Part shown: positions 37,341 through 45,436 of the stretch, piece after piece
Layout: each line of letters starts with the position of its first letter
Numbering within the stretch: position 1 is the stretch's first letter
Assembly (NCBI GenBank): GCA_963677815.1
Contig: OY782499.1
Location: 536,147 to 600,146 of the forward strand
Direction of reading: 5' to 3'
DNA: 64,000 bases
DNA from: Candidatus Cloacimonadales bacterium
GTDB taxonomy: Bacteria > Cloacimonadota > Cloacimonadia > Cloacimonadales > JAFGVF01
Translations under genes and position numbers: made by a program
Notes under the pieces: model-generated
What the model was told of the DNA's origin: nothing
What the model saw: only the letters and a program-made list of their open reading frames with translations
Databases searched by the model: none

Positions 37341-38191
37341 ATTCGCCCCATGTGCATCTTCTTACGCATAATCTGATAGAAAGTCTTGTTTGATAATTTA
37401 ATAAAATCTACCTTCTTGGTCGCACCATTAATTTTTATGACATCCCCCTCCTCCAAGGAGATAACATTTACCCCATCAACTTGTAGCATTGGTTGGTCAT
37501 GACAAGAAATCAATTCAAATGAAAGTAAATCCTTGGCTGAAAAGACAATTGGCCTAATTGAAAGGATATGAGGATTTAGTGGACAAAAGACTATTGCTTC
37601 CATAAGAGGGTCGAGAATAGGTCCACCTCCAGAAAGAGAATAAGCTGTGGAACCAGTAGGAGTTGAAGCAACTAAGCCATCACATCGAGTAGTATAGATA
37701 AGTCTATTGTTAGTCCTAATTTTTACCTCTATCATCTTGGGAGTGTTCGCTCTAAAGAGAACTGCATCATTTAAGGCTAAATCCCTATATATTAACTTAT
37801 TATCTCTGTACACTTTTATATCAAGCAAGAGACGAGATTGTACTTTATACCTGTTATTAATTAGCAGTTGGATTGACCTTTCTAAAAGCTCAGGTTTGGT
37901 CTCAGAAAGAAATCCTAGTTTACCTATATTAATTCCTAGAAGAGGGGCATTAGTAAGTAAGGCATACTTCTTTGCCCTCAAAATTGTTCCATCGCCACCA
38001 AAAACTAATATTGAATTTAAAGTTATCCCTTTCCCATACTGAAAGGCTTTTACAAAGTCTGGTAGAATATCTAATTGATCATCAAAACCATAAAATTCAA
38101 TATCATAATTATCGTTAAGACTTTTAATAATCTCACTCTGTTTTTGCCTATCATAATATTCTGTATGGATAAAAAGACCAAATTTATTCAT
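37337..38191 (-). CDS. nadK: NAD kinase
   Basis: Has the GGDGT motif (VFGGDGTILRA) and a C-terminal NAD-kinase fold. It overlaps recN by 4 nt. Confidence 0.9.
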   Translation of the reverse strand: MNKFGLFIHTEYYDRQKQSEIIKSLNDNYDIEFYGFDDQLDILPDFVKAFQYGKGITLNSILVFGGDGTILRAKKYALLTNAPLLGINIGKLGFLSETKPELLERSIQLLINNRYKVQSRLLLDIKVYRDNKLIYRDLALNDAVLFRANTPKMIEVKIRTNNRLIYTTRCDGLVASTPTGSTAYSLSGGGPILDPLMEAIVFCPLNPHILSIRPIVFSAKDLLSFELISCHDQPMLQVDGVNVISLEEGDVIKINGATKKVDFIKLSNKTFYQIMRKKMHMGRI

Positions 38192-39257
38192 AATTCACCG
38201 ATTCTATAATCCTTAAATATGATTCATATACCTTTTGGGGTAGTTCCCCTCTTGCAAGAGCATCTAAAACCCCACAATTATCTTCATGGGTGTGGCTACA
38301 ATTGTTAAAATAACAGGCATACCTATCAAAACCTGGAAAGTTATTATAGACTAAACTGACATTATCCCTTTTTAAGGCTAATGTTTTTATACCTGGTGTA
38401 TCTACTATGAAGCCACCAAAATCCCATTCTAATAGTTTTGAATTTGTTGTAGTGTGGCGTCCCTTTTCATTATAATCACTTATCTGCCCAACCTTCAAAT
38501 CTAAACTAGGCATTAAGGCATTTATAACAGAAGATTTACCTACTCCTGACTGTCCAGAGAATACCGATATCTTATTTGTTATTAATTCTTTGAGCTGCTC
38601 AATTCCTTGGCCACTTTCAGCAGAAACAAAAAAGCTTTTATAACCACTTTCAATATAATAGGCTAGCATTTCTTGATAATATTCTAAATCATCAACTAAG
38701 TCTATCTTATTCACACAAATAACCGGTTCTATATTATCAATACCACATTGAATAATAAATCTATCTATAATACCTAACTTTAGCATAGGTTGGACACATG
38801 AAACTGTGATAATAGCATAATCCATGTTACTAGCAATTAGAATTTCTTTTTGATAGGAACCTTCAGAATACCTCATTAGCTTATTTTTTCGATCTATTAA
38901 CTCTTCAATCCTGTAAGGAGAACCTTGAGAAGTATCTATCTTTACCTTATCACCAATTGCCATTACCCGTCTTTGATTGAACATAAACTGCTTAAGACGA
39001 CCACCAAGCAAGGCTGTGACTTCTTGACCATTTAATCTAACCTTAAACATATTGTTGGTCATAATTTCTGTAATAAGACCATCTTCTAGATTTACATCTC
39101 GTTTAAGAGTCTTCTTATTCCTGTTTTGCCCCCTACTTATAGCCTTTTTTTCATGACCATAGTCATAATCTAAAAAATCATCAACATCATCAATATGAAT
39201 ATTTTTTAAATTACGCTCAGTTGACTTAATCCTTACTTTATCTTTTCTTTTATCCAT
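38184..39257 (-). CDS. rsgA: Ribosome small-subunit-dependent GTPase A
   Basis: Shows circularly permuted GTPase order (NKIDL before GQSGVGKSS) and a C-terminal zinc motif CYFNNCSHTHEDNCGV. Confidence 0.9.
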   Translation of the reverse strand: MDKRKDKVRIKSTERNLKNIHIDDVDDFLDYDYGHEKKAISRGQNRNKKTLKRDVNLEDGLITEIMTNNMFKVRLNGQEVTALLGGRLKQFMFNQRRVMAIGDKVKIDTSQGSPYRIEELIDRKNKLMRYSEGSYQKEILIASNMDYAIITVSCVQPMLKLGIIDRFIIQCGIDNIEPVICVNKIDLVDDLEYYQEMLAYYIESGYKSFFVSAESGQGIEQLKELITNKISVFSGQSGVGKSSVINALMPSLDLKVGQISDYNEKGRHTTTNSKLLEWDFGGFIVDTPGIKTLALKRDNVSLVYNNFPGFDRYACYFNNCSHTHEDNCGVLDALARGELPQKVYESYLRIIESVNYE

Positions 39258-39283
39258 TTGTACCCATTTTTTGTTCTTTGTTC

Positions 39284-39503
39284 AACCCAGATGGTGTAGT
39301 AGAACTTTATTAATACTTCGCTAAAGCTACGTATCTCAGGTGAAGAGTGCAGATTATTCTAGCAAAATCCCCTTCTTCGAGGGGGATACAGAGGGTGATT
39401 CCTTAAACTACGCATATAATATATATATTCGGAGAAATTATGGAAGTTACTTTTGCAGAATAATATAGTGCTATTCACAAAGGTCTATTGCATTATTTGG
39501 GTT
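39284..39503 (+). repeat. R1 repeat, copy 2 (long form, 220 nt)
   Basis: The left arm aacccagatggtgtagtagaactttattaata pairs with the right arm tattcacaaaggtctattgcattatttgggtt. Of 32 positions, 24 are Watson-Crick, 5 are G-U/U-G and 3 are mismatches. The left end lies 27 nt from the rsgA start codon. Confidence 0.75.
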
Positions 39504-39575
39504 CAAGTATCAAATCTAATGGTTTTGTTGTAAAGATTTTTTTTAGAAGAGTTTAGTTTGAACATATTGAGAGTG

Positions 39576-39653
39576 TTCAATCCTCAAGTTACTATTTCTA
39601 ATAGCTTATCTTTAAACATGTCGATAATATTGCACATATTTACCTTTTCTTGA
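39576..39653 (+). repeat. R3 repeat, copy 2 (78 nt)
   Basis: About 90% identical to 19562-19639. Confidence 0.85.
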
Positions 39654-40169
39654 CTTTGGTGAAAAATTATGATTAGTAACATATACCCTACATTGGATTG
39701 GATTTCCGATAAGACACATCTTTTTTCAAGTAGCAGGAGTAAATTCATAAAAATCTCGGAGAGATGCAGATATAATAGGCATCCTTCCAGGATTAATGAG
39801 GATATATTTCAATATCCGAAATTTAGACAAGAATGTATTTATAAGTCAATTTGAAAAACTTAGCTATAAACTTAAAAATGTGCATGAATTGCTTTAGTTA
39901 GCACGAGTACATGCTATCTTTCAATTGTTTAGATTGAACAGTCTCAACATATTTACCATGGATTTGTAACCAAGTTATTGATTGTATATCTATTTAAATT
40001 TAAGATCTTAAAGAAGTTCTTGACATAAATTTGCAAATTACATAACTTTGGATTATGATAATTGATGTTGAAAAATAAATTGTCAGAGTATGAAATTTTA
40101 TTAGATTAACCGGTCCAGTTTCATTATAAGCTTTTAGTTTATAAAAAATATAATTAACTAATATATTAA

Positions 40170-41138
40170 ATGGATGTAAAAATGAAGAGACTTCTTCTAA
40201 TGTTATTAATTCTATTTATCATAATTCTACAATTATATGCTGATAGATATGAGTCAGTTCTTGTTGATACAATATACTGTGAACCTAACTCTATGACTGG
40301 GGATATTATTTATAATATGGAGTATAATGATTATTACTATTTCCCCAATGAACCATCCTTAAACATTGCTTATGATCAGAACTCTTTTCTAGGACCAGGT
40401 GTCACTGAATGTAGATCATTTGTTACATTCGAGACTAAACCAGTACCTAATAATTACCTTATATCAAATGTAATACTTCAACTTTACTGTTGGTATTATT
40501 GGGATAATGGGATAGAGTATATATGGCCACACTACTATTCGACCCCCTACACAGTCAATATTGATCATATACAATATGAGACAATAGCTCCTTCTGTTTT
40601 TGATATTGAATCACTTACTTCCAATGTAGGGGTCTTGCAGGACAGTGCTTATGTTGGTTGGGTCTCTTCTCTGGTTTCCGAGAGCTATCTTGACGATATT
40701 GAACAATCACGAGAATATTCGCAGTTTAGGCTGAGATTCCCACCAGGCCATGATATAGTCGGATATTCATCAGATTATGTATATTATGAAAATAACCCAT
40801 CTTCGTTTAGTTCATTTAATCCACACCTAATTGTAACCTACCATAAAACAGTTTCAAATTCTCAAGATGTTGAATCTATACCGAATCAGTTAATCAAACA
40901 AGTTTATCCACAACCTAGTAAAAATAATTTCAATATTGAATTTATGGATAAAGATAATAAACCCATTAATCTGTCTCTTTATGACCTTCGAGGTAGATTA
41001 GTTCACTCTGAAATCAATGTAGCTAAAAAAAATGGAATTGCAAAAATTCCAGTTTTAGATTATCCATCAGGCATATATTTTCTCAAGGTTAAAGCTGACA
41101 AGAAAAGCGAAGTTAGGAAAATAACTATTTTGAAATAA
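40170..41138 (+). CDS. Secreted protein of unknown function with T9SS C-terminal sorting domain (tandem paralog 1)
   Basis: Has a signal peptide and the C-terminal tail YPQPSKNNFNIEF...LSLYDLRGRLV...GIYFLKVK. An alternative start is the ATG at 40182. Confidence 0.7.
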   Translation: MDVKMKRLLLMLLILFIIILQLYADRYESVLVDTIYCEPNSMTGDIIYNMEYNDYYYFPNEPSLNIAYDQNSFLGPGVTECRSFVTFETKPVPNNYLISNVILQLYCWYYWDNGIEYIWPHYYSTPYTVNIDHIQYETIAPSVFDIESLTSNVGVLQDSAYVGWVSSLVSESYLDDIEQSREYSQFRLRFPPGHDIVGYSSDYVYYENNPSSFSSFNPHLIVTYHKTVSNSQDVESIPNQLIKQVYPQPSKNNFNIEFMDKDNKPINLSLYDLRGRLVHSEINVAKKNGIAKIPVLDYPSGIYFLKVKADKKSEVRKITILK

Positions 41139-41162
41139 ATGCCCAAACAAGAGGAGAAAAAG

Positions 41163-42119
41163 ATGAAAATGAAAATCCTTTTATTACTATTTTTAATTCA
41201 CACGATAATACCGATTTATGCTCAAGAAGACGATTCAGTTCTTGTTGATACAATATACTCTGAACCTATACCTATGACTGGGAATATTATCTACAACATG
41301 GAATCTCATGATTATTACCATTACCCCAATATGACATCCTTAATTATTGCATATAATATGAGATTTGATTTACCTGTTGGCATTGAAGAAAGTAGATCGT
41401 TTATTACATTTGATACTAAGCCAGTGCCTAATAATTACATTATAGCAAGTGTAACTCTTCAACTTTATTGTTGTTACTATTGGGATAACAGCATAGATCT
41501 TATATGGCCTCACTACTATTCGACCCCATACTCAGTCATTATTGACCACATCCAATTTGAGACCTTAACTCCTTCCGTTTTTGATCTTGAACCCCTTACA
41601 GCTAATGTGGGGGTCTTGCAGGATAGTGCTTATATTGGTTGGGTCTCCTTTCCGATTACCGAGAGCTATCTTAACGATATTGAACAAACTAGAGAATATT
41701 CGCAGTTTAGGCTGAGATTCCCTCCAGGTCATGATATAGTCGGATATTCATCAGATTATGTTGCATATGCAAATAACCCATCTTCATCTAATTCATTTGA
41801 TCCACACCTAATCGTAACCTACCATAAATCAGTGTCAAATTCTCAAGAGGTTGAACCCTTGCAGACTCAGCTAATCAAACTGATATATCCACAACCTAGT
41901 AAAAATAATTTCAATATTGAATTTATGGATAAAGATAATAAACCCATTAATCTGTCTCTTTATGATCTCCGAGGTAGATTAGTTCACTCTGAAATCAATG
42001 TAGCTAAAAAAAATGGAATTGCAAAAATTCCAACTTTAGATTATCCATCAGGCATATATTTCCTCAAGGTTAAAGATGGAAATAAAAGCGAAGTTAGGAA
42101 AATAACTATTTTGAAATAG
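41163..42119 (+). CDS. Secreted protein of unknown function with T9SS C-terminal sorting domain (tandem paralog 2)
   Basis: I chose the ATG at 41163 (MKMKILLLLFL), which has GAGGAG 6 nt upstream. The track ATG at 41139 directly abuts the paralog-1 stop and lacks an SD. Confidence 0.7.
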   Translation: MKMKILLLLFLIHTIIPIYAQEDDSVLVDTIYSEPIPMTGNIIYNMESHDYYHYPNMTSLIIAYNMRFDLPVGIEESRSFITFDTKPVPNNYIIASVTLQLYCCYYWDNSIDLIWPHYYSTPYSVIIDHIQFETLTPSVFDLEPLTANVGVLQDSAYIGWVSFPITESYLNDIEQTREYSQFRLRFPPGHDIVGYSSDYVAYANNPSSSNSFDPHLIVTYHKSVSNSQEVEPLQTQLIKLIYPQPSKNNFNIEFMDKDNKPINLSLYDLRGRLVHSEINVAKKNGIAKIPTLDYPSGIYFLKVKDGNKSEVRKITILK

Positions 42120-42355
42120 AATAATCTATTTCTTAAGCTACACCATATAGATATTTTAAGAGTAACTTGGAACTTACCTGCTTTAGATATTAAGATGATA
42201 AATTGTTAATAATAACCTAGCCCTTGCTTTTGAGAGATTCAAGATTTTTATATTGACTATCTACAGAATTATTTTTTTATGGTAAAAACTACTAATTATA
42301 ATATTCTATATTAATAAATTATAAAAATAAAAAATTAAAAAGTGATGGAGGAAAT

Positions 42356-43417
42356 ATGAAAACTGGTGGAAACCGTTATGGAACTCACAGAGTAATTGAA
42401 CCTAAGGGTGTTTTACCGCAACCAGCAAGAGTTGTGGATAATGATATGACAGAGATATGGGATAATGAGATGCTTATAGATGTTATAAGATTAAATATTG
42501 ACTCTGCTTCATTTCATCAAATAAAAACCAAATTAGCCAATCAAGGCCATAAAGAAGATTTAGCTCAAGCATTTGCTGATCATGTTATAGATTTAACAGA
42601 AAGAACTGGAAAGCACAAGAATGAAGATACTGGTTCAGGTGGAATGCTAATTGGCAGAATTGCTAAATTAGGACCAAACTTCGAGATGAAAGAAGAGGTA
42701 AAAGAAGGTGATTTAATTGCTTCATTAGTATCTTTATCATTAACTCCTTTAAAAGTTAAACAAGTTAAGAAAGTTATCTTAGAAAAAGACCAAGTAGAGA
42801 TTGAAGGACAAGCTATTCTTTTCTCTTCAGGAATCTATGCAAAACTTCCAGAAGATATGGATATCAACCTTGCTTTATCAGTACTTGATGTAGCTGGTGC
42901 TCCTGCTCAAGCTGAAAGATTAGCTAAAGCTGGTGATACTGTTGTTGTTCTTGGTGCTGGTGGAAAATCAGGTGTATTATGTAATGCAGTTAGCCGTGAA
43001 AGAGTCGGTGTTTCTGGAAAAGTTATCGGTATTGTCCATAATGAACATAGTGTTGAACCAGCTTTAAAATCTGGCTGTAACGAAGTTTATGTTGGTGATG
43101 CAACTAATGCTATCCAAATAGAAGAAATAGTTCATAAAGCTACTGATGGTAAGATGGCTGATTTAGTTATCAACGTAGTTAATGTTGAAAACACAGAGAT
43201 GTCAACTATTATGGCTTGTAAAGATAGAGGAACAGTTTATTTCTTCTCAATGGCTACCTCCTTCACAAAAGCTGCTTTAGGTGCTGAAGGAATCGGTGCT
43301 GACGTTGATATGATCTTAGGTAATGGTTATGCTCATAATCATGCTTTGATTTCAATTGATTTATTAAAACGCAACTCATATTTAATGGAGTTATTCAAAC
43401 AAAGATATACTGATTAA
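42356..43417 (+). CDS. kdd: L-erythro-3,5-diaminohexanoate dehydrogenase
   Basis: The N-terminus NRYGTHRVIEPKGVLPQPA and a Rossmann GAGGKSG motif resemble Kdd. The gene is adjacent to kamA. Confidence 0.7.
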   Translation: MKTGGNRYGTHRVIEPKGVLPQPARVVDNDMTEIWDNEMLIDVIRLNIDSASFHQIKTKLANQGHKEDLAQAFADHVIDLTERTGKHKNEDTGSGGMLIGRIAKLGPNFEMKEEVKEGDLIASLVSLSLTPLKVKQVKKVILEKDQVEIEGQAILFSSGIYAKLPEDMDINLALSVLDVAGAPAQAERLAKAGDTVVVLGAGGKSGVLCNAVSRERVGVSGKVIGIVHNEHSVEPALKSGCNEVYVGDATNAIQIEEIVHKATDGKMADLVINVVNVENTEMSTIMACKDRGTVYFFSMATSFTKAALGAEGIGADVDMILGNGYAHNHALISIDLLKRNSYLMELFKQRYTD

Positions 43418-43431
43418 GCAAGGGAGGATAG

Positions 43432-44676
43432 ATGTCCCAACTTATTGATATTAAAACTATTGCCACTGAAGAAGAATGGAATAGCTGGCACTGGCAATTA
43501 AAAAATAGAGTTACTACATACGAAGATTTAAAGAAATACATAGAACTTACTCCTGAAGAAGAAGAAGTTTTCTCTGGTGGAAACTTCCCTTTCAGAATGG
43601 CTATTACTCCTTATTATCTTTCTATCATTGACCAAAAGAATCCTAATGACCCTGTCAGAATGCAGGCAATTCCGAAGATTCAAGAATCTAAATTAGTTAC
43701 AACAGATATGGATGATCCTCTTCATGAAGATACTGATTCTCCTACTCCTGGATTAACTCATAGATATCCAGACAGAACCTTATTACTTCTAACAGACCAA
43801 TGCTCTATGTATTGCCGTCATTGTACTAGAAGAAGAAAAGCTGGTGAACACGATGCTCCAATGCCAAAGGATAATGTATCAAAAGCTATTGAATACATCA
43901 GAAACACCAAAGAGGTTAGAGATGTTATTCTTTCTGGTGGTGACCCATTAACACTTTCAACAGCCAGATTAGAAGAAGTTATTTCTGAAATCGCAGCTAT
44001 CGACCATGTTGATATCATCAGAATCGGTTCTAGAATCCCAGTAGTACTTCCACAAAGAATTGATGAAGAATTAATCACTATGCTTAAGAAGTATCCTATG
44101 ATTTGGTTAAATACTCATTTCAATCATCCAAATGAAATGACTCCTGAAGCTCAAGCAGCTTTAGCAAAATTAGCAAATGCTGGTGTTGTTCTAGGCAACC
44201 AATCAGTTCTCCTTAAAGGTATTAATGACCATGTTGATGTAATGAAGAAGTTAGTTCATTCTCTTGTCAAGAATAGAGTTAGACCTTACTATATCTACCA
44301 ATGTGATCTTTCTGAAGGTATTTCTCATTTCAGAACCCCTATCTCTAAAGGTATTGAAATTATGGAATCTCTTAGAGGTCATACTTCAGGTTTATGTATC
44401 CCAACCTACGTTGTTGATGCTCCTGGTGGTGGTGGTAAAATACCTGTTCTTCCTAATTACATTGTTTCTCAAATGCCAGGTAGAACTATTCTTCGTAACT
44501 ATGAAGGCTTTATCACAACTTATACTGAACCTGAATATAAGGAACAAAATGACAGCGATTACTGCCAACTAGTTTCTGAAGAAAGAAAATCTACTGAAGG
44601 CCTTATGAGTCTTCTTAGAGGTGATAAAATCTCAATAGGACCTGCTGAAACCAAAAGAAATAAAAGACACAAATAA
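43432..44676 (+). CDS. kamA: Lysine 2,3-aminomutase (radical SAM)
   Basis: Has the radical SAM motif CSMYCRHCTRRR and KamA-type flanking sequence (RMAITPYYLSLI-like, SGGDPL). Confidence 0.92.
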   Translation: MSQLIDIKTIATEEEWNSWHWQLKNRVTTYEDLKKYIELTPEEEEVFSGGNFPFRMAITPYYLSIIDQKNPNDPVRMQAIPKIQESKLVTTDMDDPLHEDTDSPTPGLTHRYPDRTLLLLTDQCSMYCRHCTRRRKAGEHDAPMPKDNVSKAIEYIRNTKEVRDVILSGGDPLTLSTARLEEVISEIAAIDHVDIIRIGSRIPVVLPQRIDEELITMLKKYPMIWLNTHFNHPNEMTPEAQAALAKLANAGVVLGNQSVLLKGINDHVDVMKKLVHSLVKNRVRPYYIYQCDLSEGISHFRTPISKGIEIMESLRGHTSGLCIPTYVVDAPGGGGKIPVLPNYIVSQMPGRTILRNYEGFITTYTEPEYKEQNDSDYCQLVSEERKSTEGLMSLLRGDKISIGPAETKRNKRHK

Positions 44677-44704
44677 TCTGATTATTTGTTAATGATATGT
44701 TAAA

Positions 44705-44731
44705 AGGCTGATTTAAAATCAGCCTTTTTTC
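44705..44731 (+). terminator. Rho-independent terminator of kamA
   Basis: The stem aggctgatt/aatcagcct is followed by T6. Confidence 0.9.
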
Positions 44732-44782
44732 ATTCATAATTATTTCAGACTCTCTCCAAAGAAGAGTGGGAGCAAAATATAA

Positions 44783-45011
44783 GGCTCAAGCTCAAGTCTG
44801 GTGGAAAAAATTTAATAAAATATAAAATTTTATCATTAGTGTGATTATCCAAAGTATCCCTGAAAGGGATATAAGACCTATCCTTTCAGGATTATATCTT
44901 ATTCTGCTAAAATAATACTATCAATAGTAACTTATAATCCGTAAACTACTGTAATACAATATCTAGTGCAAAATAATGCAACATAATTTCCACCAGACTT
45001 GAACTTGAGCC
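44783..45011. repeat. 25-nt inverted-repeat pair bounding a 179-nt AT-rich segment (MITE-like or long-stem element)
   Basis: ggctcaagctcaagtctggtggaaa (44783-44807) matches the reverse complement of 44987-45011 (ggctcaagttcaagtctggtggaaa) at 24 of 25 positions. Confidence 0.75.
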
Positions 45012-45078
45012 AAATATAATAGTAAATGAAGAAGTTTATTCTCATCAGTCTTACGACGAAGATGGCGGAGAAAATCTC

Positions 45079-45206
45079 CAGACTGTGTAAAAATGAAAAT
45101 GAGATTTTCAGATGGAGCAAGGGTTGTATGGAGTGGATGCATCTTGCATCTACAACAGGCTCTGAAAGCCTGTTTAATCTGGAGGCAAGATGCCTCCAGT
45201 CCATAG
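45079..45206 (-). repeat. R2 motif, copy D (three-hairpin core 45206-45124 plus downstream module tttttacacagtctgg, read on the minus strand)
   Basis: The minus strand reads ctatggactgg, then hp1 ctggaggca-tct-tgcctccag, hp2 acaggc-tttcaga-gcctgt, hp3 gtagatgca-aga-tgcatccac, then the tail ccactccatacaa. Confidence 0.8.
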
Positions 45207-45436
45207 ATCAACCTTCCCAGTTAGGAAGCATCACTGCTGGCATTCAGACTCTGTGAAACTCTGTGTTAAGGATCTTTCTTCTTTTTAGTGCAATTAGTGT
45301 AATCCGTGGATAGACTATTTCTTTTTACACAGTCTGCTCCACCGTCCGACAGAAGAGAATAATAGGAGACCGGAGTTCCTCAGCTCTAGGCAAAGGACTT
45401 CGGACGAAGCAGACCCACTCTACTTGAAAGAAATCC

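Noticed and set aside
39430-39462. Mini-ORF inside R1 with an apparent RBS (GGAGAaattATG GAA GTT ACT TTT GCA GAA TAA, 7 aa)
   Set aside because: Copy 1 keeps it (MEVPFAE), but in copy 3 the same position reads ATG TAA. The peptide is therefore not conserved, and the GGAGA...ATG is more likely part of the RNA/DNA structure.
39669-39854. 61-aa ORF in the 912-bp island
   Set aside because: It has no Shine-Dalgarno sequence. It spans the X/Y palindromic module. Its composition is typical of random AT-rich sequence.
42120-42355. Lysine riboswitch upstream of kdd-kamA, and cobalamin riboswitch upstream of kamDE (15525-15600)
   Set aside because: The leaders are AT-rich and lack the conserved L-box or B12-box cores. 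The kamD leader is only about 30 nt past its predicted promoter. A cmscan would be needed to be certain.
44932-45256. Track ORFs 44932-45204 (-), 44963-45211 (-) and 45026-45256 (+)
   Set aside because: Three overlapping ORFs in different frames and strands lie across R2-D and the inverted-repeat element. The reasoning is the same as above.
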